64,000 bases of DNA from Pocillopora damicornis. Its lineage: Eukaryota. Positions 42,440 to 54,600 of this stretch are shown one piece after another. The notes below the pieces were generated by a model. The model had not been told where the DNA came from and did not search any database. It saw nothing but the letters and a program-made list of their open reading frames with translations. Numbering within the stretch: position 1 is the first letter of the stretch; each line of letters starts with the position of its first letter. Made by a program: the position numbers and the translations under genes. The stretch lies in the NCBI RefSeq assembly GCF_003704095.1, contig NW_020843644.1:186001-250000 (forward strand). Reading direction: 5' to 3'.

Positions 42440-43613
42440 TACTACATTTATACCATGTATAACACTCTGTATAGGAGATATTTTAAACGAAAAACTCAAA
42501 CAACGATTGTCTGCTACTGAAATGTTATGCAATCCTACATTTATTAGTAGGCTTTGCGTGTTGTCACGGATGATGCAAAATTTCGGATAGGTAATTTTAA
42601 TGACTTTCTTTGAACCAATGTCGAGTTGATCGTTGAAATATCGAGAAGTTTTTGGAAAACCGAAGGAACTGAAGTCGTCATTTACTTATGACTTGATGAG
42701 CTATTTTGGTGTTTAATTGTAAACTATGTTTATCACTCAACATTCAATACATCAGAAAACATCTCATTTCTCCTTTAAAACACGTAAAAAATTCTTTGAT
42801 GAAATAGATGAAGGAATACTTGGGTTATTTTAAATTATTGTGGTTAAATATAAATGTTCTTTTAGAAATCAACTTATTGTTGTGAGCAGACGAGGAAAAA
42901 AAAACACTCTAGAAACAACTCGTTAAGGCCTCTTAGGCGCTTTCTAGTAGTGAAGAATTTTCCACGACGTCACTATTGCGTGCTGTAATACATATGACAT
43001 TAAATTTTAAATAGCTTTGCAGGATATTTTTCGTAACTGTGTTCTGACAAATTAGTTTTTCGTAACCACAGATTCCTTAGAAGTGAACTAGTATACGTAG
43101 TATTATAAATTATGGCATATACCCCTAATTGAAAAGGAGACAGCGAGTTTAATTAGACGTCCATCACAAAATATCGAACAGTAAACATCCTTCCTCCTTC
43201 TGACAGAAAAGAGATGAAAAACATGCAAAACGGATCTATTTTGTCTAAGACTTTTGAACCTTCTGGGCAAGTAGCTAAGAATGTTAAAAAAAAAAAATTA
43301 AGAGACCACATGGAGTCTTTTGTAATTTTTGTCGGTAGTTGTCACAAACATCGTTTTTTTTTGTCAGGTGTTGCTAGGAAGTTTTCAAAATATTTCAAGA
43401 GATTTGGATAGACATTTCTGGAACAAAAGCGTTCGGAAAAATTTTAAATTATTTTCTAATCAATCATAGTACAGAGTCTAAATTAATTGTTTTCGAGATA
43501 TGTAATAGGTAAATGCTTGTCCAATATATGTCTACTATGTTTTCAGTAGAATACACATTTTTTCATGAAAAGCTGTTTATAGACGGAAATAGCCAGGGGA
43601 GCTGAAATTAAAT

Positions 43614-44885
43614 CTAGATACTTTCACATCTGTTCATGCCTAGAGACCAATCTTTGTCTTCGTTGTTTTGAACGCCTCTGCACGAAATGTTTTCTTCCAG
43701 TTGTGTTAGTGCTCTCTGCAATTGTTGCACAGCCCTTTTTCTTGTCAAGCGGATGTTTTCGTCTCGATTTGCTTCAATGCCATCCAATTCGATCAAAAGA
43801 CGCGTAAGTTTTTCTTCAATAGCTAGGTACGCCTTACTCTTGCTACTTTCATCAAAAGCAAGTACTTCCTTTTCAAGCTTTTCTGCTTTCTTGAGAATAC
43901 TTTGAATTATTAAAAGTTTATTTTTGCTTTCATTTTCAACTGAAAATTCCAGTGGTAATGAGTCTTCACTTTGAGACTCATCGCCTTTGTCTGTGTATTC
44001 TTTAATGTATTCCTTAAATTGTTCAGTATTGGTCTTGGTGATTTCCTCCCTAACATCTCCACCGCCGTTGAAATAAGATTTTCCCAAAGCTTCTTGGCTC
44101 GTAGCCATATCGAAGTAGTCCTTTTTGTCAAAATTAACGGCGCAAGCGTTGTCAATGTCGAGTACAGTGTAATTATCCTTCTTCATATCGACCTCTGCTT
44201 CCTTGGTAGTTTTTTCTTCAACTTGAACGCTTTCTGAGCCGCGGGCATCTTCTATTTTGCCATCTGCCTCGATCACTTTATTTTCTTTTAGAATCTCCTC
44301 TCCGTTTTCACCCCCAACTTTTACTTTCTCATCGACTTCAACCTGAATGGGAATACTGAAAGACGTCTTGGGTAGAGAGATTTTACTAATCTCTGGCGCG
44401 GAGGGCGAAGTTTCTCGTAAACTTCTGGCACTATACGTATTTCTTCTTCCCAGTCTTACAGGAAGACTTGATCCGGACAAGTAATGATCTTCAAACACCT
44501 TCTGCAAATCTCCAACAAATGGATTTTCTCTGAAAAAATGTCTTCTTTGTTCTTTTCGTTCGGTGTGATTTTGTTGTTCACAAGGCTCATCTTCACTCGA
44601 TTTTTGAACTCGCTGAAAATGTTCAGGCAAACTATATTTCCACAATTTGTATTGCTGATTTTTGATGTTTCCATTTTTCCTTTGTTTCGACGAATCATCG
44701 GTGTTTTGTGTGTTTTCGTGTGCTGTCTTTGAAGATCTTTCTTTAGAAGCCTCGCACGGGTTTGAAACAGTTTCCACGACCAATTTCAGTTTCGGTCTAC
44801 TGGGCAAACTCGAGGATCGAGAGAAAATGCGGGGTTTTCCCTGCTTGAACTCGGGGTGAACTGTTACCGGGATCTCTCTGCTCAT
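43614..44885 (-). CDS. Intronless BAG-domain co-chaperone (BAG3-like: IPV motifs plus C-terminal BAG domain), 423 aa
   Basis: C-terminal IQSILKKAEKLEKEVLAF...YLAIEEKLTRLLIELDGIEANRDENIRLTRKRAVQQLQRAL is a BAG domain. Also REIPVTV and SIPIQVE (IPV-like) and RSSSLP. Confidence 0.88.
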   Translation of the reverse strand: MSREIPVTVHPEFKQGKPRIFSRSSSLPSRPKLKLVVETVSNPCEASKERSSKTAHENTQNTDDSSKQRKNGNIKNQQYKLWKYSLPEHFQRVQKSSEDEPCEQQNHTERKEQRRHFFRENPFVGDLQKVFEDHYLSGSSLPVRLGRRNTYSARSLRETSPSAPEISKISLPKTSFSIPIQVEVDEKVKVGGENGEEILKENKVIEADGKIEDARGSESVQVEEKTTKEAEVDMKKDNYTVLDIDNACAVNFDKKDYFDMATSQEALGKSYFNGGGDVREEITKTNTEQFKEYIKEYTDKGDESQSEDSLPLEFSVENESKNKLLIIQSILKKAEKLEKEVLAFDESSKSKAYLAIEEKLTRLLIELDGIEANRDENIRLTRKRAVQQLQRALTQLEENISCRGVQNNEDKDWSLGMNRCESI

Positions 44886-45242
44886 AGTTAAGTCTCGACA
44901 CGAGTAACTTAGTCATCTAACAAGACGTTGTAGCGATTGAAAAGACATAAGGATTAGAGATGAGTCCCAGAAGATGAGGGATTTAAAGAATGGAAAACAA
45001 ATGCTCGCGGTATTGATCATGTTGATTTACTACTTGAACTTGGTCACGCATACTCAAGTTCACGCTGGGTGCACGCGCGAACATCGTTCTCGTTTTTACC
45101 AGTAAAAATTTTGCAAGTATGAAAAAGTATCTTCATCAAATAAAACTGCTTTATGATTCTTAATACTCCAATTTAGGTACCGGTTTTCTCAGCTTAGAAT
45201 TTCCGTGCTCGACAGAATCTAGAACATCGATACAAATGGATC

Positions 45243-45257
45243 TTTCTAGAACGTTCG
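45243..45257. promoter_or_regulatory. Heat-shock element (perfect 3-unit)
   Basis: tTTCtaGAAcgTTCg matches nTTCnnGAAnnTTCn, about 360 bp upstream of the BAG gene ATG. Confidence 0.75.
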
Positions 45258-46061
45258 ATCTCTCAACATTGTCAAAATATTTGTGGCAATAACTGCGATT
45301 TTAAGCGTCGTGTGGTTTGACAGAGACTGATTTCGACATTGTCAACAAAGCAAGACTAAGGTTTGATATTGTCAAAAGAAAACTTGATGATGTTACGTTT
45401 GCCCTCCGATATTCCTAACTTTTTTTCTACAACTCCCCAGACCTGCTGGTGAAAACCTGGTCATCTGATAGGCGGATTTCCTGTTTCGTGGCGTGAAGTC
45501 TGAACTTTTCGCGAATACCTGACTGAAACCTGATTCTTTCTTCCTCTCTTTGCAATTCACGCGGAGTTAAGAGCCACGAATATCACCCGATTATTGAACG
45601 AATATTACTCCTAAAATTCCGGTTTCTGCTCTTTCAACTTCGTATTGTAGCTCATTTCTTTTGTATCTTTAGTTTTTTTTTAAATGTGGTGTCTCTCTTT
45701 ATTTTTCAATCTACTTCCTTTCATCGATAGCGCCCTCTCCGATAGGGTGGTATGTATTACGCATAAATGCCGCCCTGCCGGCTCTTCGCGTTACCACCAC
45801 TCCCCCTCCCCGCCCCCGGTCTCTTCTTGCGTATCTGTTCAGAAAGCGTGGGGCAAAATATTGTTCAATTGTAACAAATCCCACGTTTCCTGACTGAAAA
45901 TTGCATTTCCATATCAATCCAACGTTTCGAAATGTCAGGAAACTGCGGAAGATGAGAGCTCAAGGAAATGTCTATTGGAGAACGCGACGAAGGTTACTGC
46001 TAAAACCGTGATGAACCGCACTGGACTCCAGTCTTTTCGCGCGGTCATTATGGAGGTTGTC

Positions 46062-46076
46062 GGAACTTTCTAGCAC
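46062..46076. promoter_or_regulatory. Heat-shock element (2 perfect units + 1 mismatched)
   Basis: gGAActTTCtaGCAc, about 165 bp upstream of the DNAJB ATG. Confidence 0.55.
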
Positions 46077-46238
46077 GGCACGACGTTAACATCTTTGCCG
46101 TTAATTTTTATCGTCAACGTCACGATTTTATTATTATTTACCCTGGATAAAGGTCTGGACCCATCTGTGCAATAAAAACTTATGTAACCGGGTCGAAAAC
46201 AACTAGAAGTGAATAGTTCCGTAGACGTCCACAAAACA

Positions 46239-49200
46239 ATGGGGAAAGATTATTACAAGATCTTGGATATTCCGCGCAACGCAAGCGAAGACGAGATTAG
46301 GAAAGCTTACCGAAAGATGGCTTTGAAGTATCATCCAGACAAAAACAAAAGCACTGGAGCAGAAGACCAGTTCAAAGAAATAGCAGAAGCGTATGAAGTT
46401 CTTAGCGACCCTCAAAAAAGGGAGATATTTGATAAGTACGGTGAAGAAGGCTTGAAAGGAACTGGCAAACCTCAAGCGAGTACGACAGAGTTTAATTTTC
46501 AAATGCCGCCTGGATTTACAGCTTTTACTTTCCATGGAGACCCGATGTCCACGTTTTCAAGAGTCTTTGGACGAGACGATCCCTTTAGAGGTAGGTCTAC
46601 ATGCATTGAAATGTCGAGATAATATCTCAAGTTGAATATCGCTTTGAAAATTTTACATGCTAATTCAATATAACTGAAAAGTTTTGTTCGATGCAATACT
46701 ATGCCTGGTCGCATTATTGGACCTCGCTGCACCTGTTATATTTAGAGTTGTATGCTATTTTACACAAAGACGTTCATTAACACGACTCAATTTTTTTTGT
46801 ATAACTTTCTTCAAAATTGTTTCTCTATTTTATGCTCTATTTTTGCTAAGATGTAACGTCAATCTTCCAAATGATGAAGTGTTTTCTAAGATGATTTCGG
46901 TATGCCTTCCCCTTTCATGGTCGTTGAACTATAGAAATTAGCCTTAGTTGTTAATAAATTTTTTCTTTTGTGCCAATTAAATTTATGGACTTGTGGCTGG
47001 GGAAGGAAAATAATACCATTAGAAATAGCCCATTGTTGTTAAACAGACTGAGATAAACTGCTACTGTCATCTAAGGGGGCAATCGCATGGAAAATTAAGG
47101 GAACTTTCTAGAGTTTTTATTTTAATTGTTGATTTAGGGAAGTATTCAGAGAAGTCAGTTTAAACATTATCCCTAGCTGAAAAGCTATTGAAATTTATTT
47201 TTCTTGGAAGAAATGTTGCTTTTTGGTCTAAATTTGACATCAGTTGGAAGAAACTAGAACATTTTAAGTCAGGAAATATTCATCATTCTATACTGGAAAG
47301 TTTTTTTTTCCTTTTAAAAAAAATCTCCCTTTGTGGTATAGAGTTGCAAAATAGAAAAAATCAGTGAAAAAACTAGAACATTCTGTTTTGTTTGCAAACT
47401 CAATGAAAGCAAACATTCAAACATTGTTGTCTGGGTTTATCTCATAAAAAAAAAAATAGGCCATATTTTTCTTGCTATGGCTCAAGAACTAAAGAAGAAT
47501 TAACTCATCAACATTCTTATTTCTTTAGCATGGTATTAACAGGGTCAGTTTGGATATTTTTTGCACTTAAGTTTAAGAAACTTGTGCACAAAACCGACTG
47601 ATGTGCTCAATTAAGTTCAGTTTCTGGAGAACACAATTTTCCTGGTCCTAGCTGCCATTGTCAGAAAATTTTCACTGTGGTGCAAAAAATGAGAACACCT
47701 CTTTCTAGCAATGCATAGGAATTTTCTGGAAAGTCTACTTTACAACAGTGATTGTTATAAATTATTCACACTAATTTAGGTCCATTCAATACAGAATTTA
47801 AGCTATTTGTTCCTTGTGTCTGTATGATTTTTCTAGAAGCTTTTTATTCCTATTTCTAACTTTAAAAAAAACATATAGCTTAATTTATAGGGATTGAATG
47901 AACCATTTTTTCATTTGCTCTGTTTTGCATTTTCTGAAAAAGAGTAAGGGATAATTATTGAGTTGTGCAAATTGCTAATTTTTGTGTTCTGGCATTCTGA
48001 GTGTTAGTTTTGTGGCATGTTTTAAAGTTAGACTGAAGTGGTGTGCAGGTCTTTCCAGGTGGTCCTTTGATGGGGAAGTATGCTCCAGAAACCATATGAT
48101 TATGATCTTTGTCAAGTGAAAGAAATTCGTAACGAAATGTAAAATTGTTTCCATATGTGCTCTAATTTGACTTTGGACACAGCCATTTTAAAAGAGAGCA
48201 GCTGATTTGCCACACAATTTTCTAAATAGCATCATCTGTAGTTGAAGTAAAGCATATATAGGACAATTTTATGTTAAGTTAATTTTCTCTTCAGATTCTC
48301 AAAATGCACTCAGTGTGCCATCCACTAATAAATTCACCTATACCTCTAAATTGCTGCAATGAAATGTAAATTTTGGAGCATACTTTTCCTTTAAATTGGA
48401 AGCCTTCAAACAGAGACTTTTGTTCCACCTTGATTGCAAGCACCTTGCTAGCCATCCAGTTCTAATTTGAAATTTCTTTCCCAGTCAAGGATGTACAGAT
48501 TATTTGTTGTAGAAACTGGTACTTTTTCTAAGTGAGATGCTTTTTCATGTGTTTTCTAGGTTTTCCAAATGATGGGCCATCTAAAGTTATTCAAACACCA
48601 TTATTTATTCTTCTGATGATCAAACATAATGTTTTTAAGTCATTTGTGTTTTGTTTATGGATATATTACTAATGGTGCACTCTCTACTAGGAATGTTCGA
48701 TCAAGGTTTTGGCATGCAAGGTGGGGCATTTGGAGGAGGTGACTTTTCAGATATGGGAGGTTTCCATTCCAGCTTTCGTCATCAGAGTTACCCTGGCTTC
48801 AGTCGTCAGAGATCATCATCCTTTGAAGATATGCATTCCTTTGCTCGCAAAAAGGCTCAAGATCCTCCCATAGAGAAATACCTCATGGTGACTCTAGAGG
48901 AGTTGTTAACAGGAACTACCAAAAAACTGAAGATCATTAAAAAAGTTTTGAATCAAGACCGAGTGACAACTCACCCTGAAGAAAAGATTCTCACCATTGA
49001 AGTGAAAAAGGGTTGGAAGGAAGGAACAAAAATTACTTTCCCAGAAGAAGGGGACCAAAAACCACACACTGTTCCTGCTGACATTGTTTTCACAATCAAG
49101 GACAAGCCCCATGTTAATTTCAAACGAGATCAAGATAATAACATTTTGTACACTGCTCCCTTATCTCTCAGAGATGCCTTAACTGGTCATACAACAGCTT

Positions 49201-49418
49201 CAATGGTACCAGTTCCAACACTGGATGGACGGACTGTCAATATTCCATTAAACAATATCATTAAACCTGGGGCAAAACGCCGAATTAAAGGTGAAGGTTT
49301 GCCACTACCCAAGAGGCTGAATCAGCGAGCTGACATGATGGTGGAATTTGAAGTTGTGTTTCCAACACAACTTTCTACATCAAACATTGATTTATTAAAG
49401 AATGCTTTACCTGAGTGA
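46239..49418 (+). CDS. DNAJB4: Class B J-protein (Hsp40), DNAJB1/DNAJB4-like, 359 aa. Exons 46239-46590, 48691-49418
   Basis: MGKDYYKIL...[10 protein letters not shown]...[11 protein letters not shown] (J domain with HPD), a G/F-rich linker, and QDPPIE...[19 protein letters not shown]...PADIVF...GEGLP C-terminal domains. The spliced ORF is 1080 nt. The exact vertebrate paralog (B1/B4/B5) is not resolvable. Confidence 0.93.
47100..47845. promoter_or_regulatory. Intronic HSE cluster in the DNAJB intron
   Basis: GAActTTCtaGAG (47101), GAAcaTTC (~47376), perfect GAAttTTCtgGAA (47719-47731) and TTCtaGAAgcTTT (47831). Confidence 0.55.
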
Positions 49419-51637
49419 GACAAGAAAACTTATTTATAAGTGATTATTTATTTATTTTTCCAATTTCACCACAAGTGGTTGAATGACATGAAAGTACTCT
49501 TTCATGGGAACTGTTTCCCCTTGTTCTTTTCATAAGAATCAGGAGTGTTCTTAACTATTTCATTCAATGTTTTTTTTCCAGTTGGGAAGAATGACAAAAA
49601 GGAAAAATGAGTGTTAAATGAAGTTTCTAAGTGTGACAAAAAACTTTTCAAGTTTGAATTTATGTGTCAAATTTCACTGTGACTGGGTAGATGACTTGTT
49701 CATTCATGATAAATGTTGTTAATGTTTGGATCACTAGAATAGCAGTGGTGGGTAATTATTTTAGTCACCCCTTAGTTTTATGTTGTCACCTTGTGGTGAG
49801 GCAGTAAGGACTAGGGTGATCATCATCAAGTTGTTCTGATTTTTCAGAGACTGTACTTTATATTATGATCATTGCTTCCAAATTTCTGCTATGTCTTGCA
49901 TACACTTTGCTTTATCACTTTGCTTAGTGAGAGTGTGGAAAATTGGCTGGTGAAAATTTGAAGACCAAGTAATTAGCATGCTAATTGGGTGAAAATGATA
50001 ATGTTAAAATTAATTTTTCAGCTATCAGAATGAATGATTTCGCCCTCGTCATAAATTCATAGATGATGTTGTTGACACACCAAAAAAACAAAAAACAGAA
50101 GCAGGCTGTTGGTATTGGTGTGCAGTTTGTAAATAGATAGATACCAATATGTTTGGTTGGAACTGTGGATTGATAGTAAATTATGTTTTGCTGTTAACCT
50201 ACAAGAGTTAATGTAAAGCAAGTCAGGCAGAGTCCTTATGGTAGGGAATCCAAAATTTAAGTAAAAATTAATATAATTGAGTGTTAGCTCTATGGGTATA
50301 CACGACAAATGTTTTATCTTTTTCCACTTGTATCAGAAATGAGTACTGAGTGTATATTTTCTTAACTTATTAGGAAAATAAAACATGCACAATTGAAATC
50401 ATTTTGTAATAATTATTATCTTGGAGTATGACCATATGAAAGGACCTTCAATCACCCATGACCCATTCTGCAGTAAGGCTCTTATGAGAAAGAGATGGAG
50501 ATGCTGAATTACAAATTTGAAATGAGGTTACCTGAAAAAGAAACCATTCCAGGCATGGCACGAGCTTCATTTCACTGATAAAAAGTAACCTCTTTTTGAT
50601 ATAAAAGAGCCACCATGATAACGGTTTTGTCCACAAATCTGCAAATTTTCCCTTGTCCTTGTGACCAGGACTCTAAGATATGTTCCCAGCTAGGATTCCT
50701 GGCTATCCATCTCTACACCATGACACCAGAATCTGTATTTTACATGTGAGAAGAGGGAACCCTGCCCTTTGGTATGGAATCAGCCTTCACTAATTGATCA
50801 ACAGTTCTTTATGACAGGATGGAGTTTTGACCTTTCCACTCCCAGGGGTAACCCAAGTGTAATGTGCTGCAACTGATATCTAAGTCAGCTGCAGTCATAG
50901 ATTAAATTCTAGAGAGAAGGCCACCATTCTATTAATTTTAGTATTTTTTATTTGTAATAAATATTAATATACATTTTCCATGGATGATATAACATGAAAA
51001 GGAAAGAGAATGTTTTGTACATGTTTTCTTAAGCATCTAACAACGTTCAATATTATTAATGACTAACTATCAGAAAGTTTAAATTAAGGAAGTTTTTGTT
51101 TACATTAAAAACAAACAAACAAAAAAGATGTTGATAAAGTAGGAGAGTACTACCAACCACTTTTTCTGTCACACCTCCAAAAAAACTGTTTTCATTGATG
51201 AGACTGATTTTACAGAACATGAACATTTAACCATCTAGCATAGTAGGGTTTTTTGAAAGTTATGCCTTAAAAGTTTCCTTCATGGTGTAAATTGATGATA
51301 AGATGCTTGAAGAGAACTGTTAGGAGGTGTATGTAAATGAGAGGATTGTGACTTAGCTCCAAGTTAAATTTTCCTGATAAAAACATCAAACTTCTTCAAG
51401 ACCTACCACTTGTTACAATATAATTAATTTTTGACAATGTCCTCTACAACAAAAACTCTATGTACATCAAGTCTGTGATGGCACATAAGACATGCTGTGA
51501 CAGCATACTGACCTTAAAACCATAACAAAGGTAACAAACTTCGTCCCTTTTGACGATAATATTCACATTATAAAAGCTGGAACTTGAACTTGAGCACCAC
51601 ATCATCTTTCCTGGACAAATTAACTTGTTAGAGGACT

Positions 51638-54600
51638 TTAGGCCTGGGTCATGGGTGGCTGCCCAATTCTGTTTACTTCATAAGGGAGTCCCAAAAACTG
51701 GTCTGCAATTCTGCCAGCCTCTCTCAAGCCACTCAAAAGAGCTCCATGTACTGTGGCAGGATAATTCCGTATTGTATGCTCCCCTGCAAAGAACACTCTG
51801 GGAGGATTGGGTGGGGCAGGATTACCTGGAGGCATCCCTGATACTGGTGGAGGTGCCACTGGAGAAGCCATGAGATCATAGTCATTTCCTGAAGAACCAG
51901 CAGCAACAAAGGAGTAAGAGCCTCGTGACCACTCATCTGACTTCCACCTTGTTACAACTGTCTCTTTAGGCTGAAAGAAAAAGATTCAATCATGAAGTGC
52001 CATAGGCAGTGGTGGGGAATCAGGTGCTTTGCTTTCTAGTTGACATTGTCCTTAACACATAAAATTAGCCTGTGAGCAGGTCCTCATCAATGGAACTTCA
52101 ACAAGTGCATTTCTTTCCTCTCAAATAAGTTTGAGGCCTGAAGTAAGACTAGCTGGCAGAAACTTTCAAGTTTACCTATAATTTGTAAATGTGGGGACCC
52201 AGCTAACAAAATTCTTTGCTTTCTAACATTCTATTTTGCTGCCATTTGGCAAACTCAAAACCTGGTTTCACACAATAACAATGAAAAGTTCAGGCTTAAG
52301 TGTTTTTTAAATGTCTGTATGATGAGCATAGTCCCATAACTAAATATTGTAAACAAAAACAAACAAAAGCTGGCTTTTAAAATATATGGATTTTGCCAAG
52401 GCTGAAAGTGAAGCTTCAGTTGGTTAACCCATGTAGACAGGTGGCAAACATAGAATACATCATCAAGTAAGAATTGTTGACAGAACATAGTGCTAAATTC
52501 TCAGGAGAAGCCAATAAAGAAATGTATGGTCTGCTGTTGGGAGGAATAACATTCCAGATCTCAGCTGTGAGAAGGTAAATTTTCACCAGCCTTTGTATTT
52601 GAAATTTATCTCAGAGCAGGGGAGTTTGATGGGAAAAAGTAAGTAACAAACCTGAGGAACAGCACTGCTCCCAAATATTCCTTTTAAGACTGCAATAGCA
52701 CTTCCCACAATAATTTCATCAGACACATTTTCCAGCTTATTGGCAGCTTCACCAGCCACTAGAGCAATAAGCACTGGTGACTTGTACAGATTCCAAAACA
52801 GGAAAAGCTCACCACGGTTCGCCGTTGTACTTCCAACGTGACCAAACAGGTTGGTGTTTGGATCCCAGAACACTCGATCAAAGCAAAGAACCACCTTATA
52901 CAAATAAAACACAGCTGTTGAATTAAATTCTTATGAAGAGTTCAATATGAACTGCATAAATGGGAGACATGAAGTTCACTAATAAGTTCTCTCCTTCTAT
53001 CATGGTAAAGTATCTGACCTACAAATTGAAGGATTTAAGGGTCACATATCTCCTATGTCCCAAACTCATAAAATACATCAACAACCATTGGTCAAAGCAA
53101 TATACAAATAAAAAGCTATACAAGAGGAAATTATGGATATAAAAGTTTTTTTCAAAAGTTGGCTATATGGTAGGTGTGAAAATATCTTGAAACTTGTAAT
53201 AGTTTTTCCTCCAAGTAACAGTGGAGGAAATCCAAAGTAAGTTAGAATTTGTGTGAAACCAAGATAAGCATCTCAAATATAATTTTTTTAATATAAATTC
53301 AAACATTGTACTGCTGGATCTGTGTATGATATTAAGTTTTTTCCCACCTTGTTTAAATTTCCAAAGCCCATTCTGTGTATAGCAGCAGTCTTCCACTCTG
53401 GGAGGGGAGGGTGAAACTGCACACCTGATGGATGGCTTTTGAGTACTCCAAGTGGAAGTGTTATCAACACAGCATCTCCCTTAAATGTCTGTGTTGTAGT
53501 GATTGATGACTTGCTTGTGCTCTGGGTGACAATTTCTACACCTAAAACACAGTTGACAGAAATAGGTGGTATATGGATTGGAAAATAACCAACAGACATG
53601 TTACTACCACACTGGCTTAATGCTATGCTAGTTACAGACCTTTTCAGTGTCTTTGAGTAGTGGGAGCTAGAACAGGAAACAGGAAATGAAAAGAGAAGAT
53701 AGACAGGAACTGGAAAAGGAATTGAATCAAGGAGTACGATGCCACATGGACTAGAAACAGGAACAGGAATGAAACAATGGAAACCAAAACAAGAAACAGG
53801 AAATAGAGACGTCAACAGGAAAGACTACATAAAAAAGAAATAATAAAGAAAAAAGGAAATGGAAAGGGACACAGGAAAAAAGAAATAGAGGGATCAACAG
53901 CATATAGGAAACACTAAAAGCAACAGGAAACAGGGATTTAAAATTAATCAGCGATGGTGTAGGGTTTCTAATCTTGGATGGTATACTACCCACAAAGACA
54001 TTAACACAAAGCAACTTAACTCACCTGACTTTTGAGTTTTTCAAACCAAATTTTTGTTTTGGATTTTCAAGTATGATTTTCTTAAACACAATGGGCCTAT
54101 GAGCTTTTTTGGAAGTGTTATTGAAACTAAAATCTATATACATGTATATCATCCATTAAGTTATCCACTGAGCAAGCAATGGCACATACCAGTTCTGTTA
54201 TAGCGCACATGTCTCACTGCAGTGTTGAGTCTGATATCAAGTCCTTCAGCCAAAGCAGCAGGAAGACAAGAGTAACCATTACGAACAGTCATATGACTGC
54301 CACTGAACTCAAAATCATCATCTTGGTCCCAGTGTTTAAGTGACAGTGATGTCAAGGGCGTGGCATTTGCAAACTCTAGATTAGCAAAATGCCAGTCTAG
54401 GATCTGTCGGTCTCTTGATGATAAGTAAACATCACTGTGAAATGACCATCAAAACAGATTTAACACTTCTAAATGACACACTGGGGGAGCTAAATCAAAC
54501 TTGCATGCTAAACTATTTCATTGCAAATTCCAATTGATTACAAGGAAATTGGTTAGCAAGAATACCACTTGTGTATTCATGTAAGCCTTTACACCAGATT

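Noticed and set aside
43687-44859. Several plus- and minus-strand ORFs overlapping the BAG gene, and similar ORFs opposite the DNAJB, MCT and KDM1A exons
   Set aside because: Shadow ORFs of real coding sequence.
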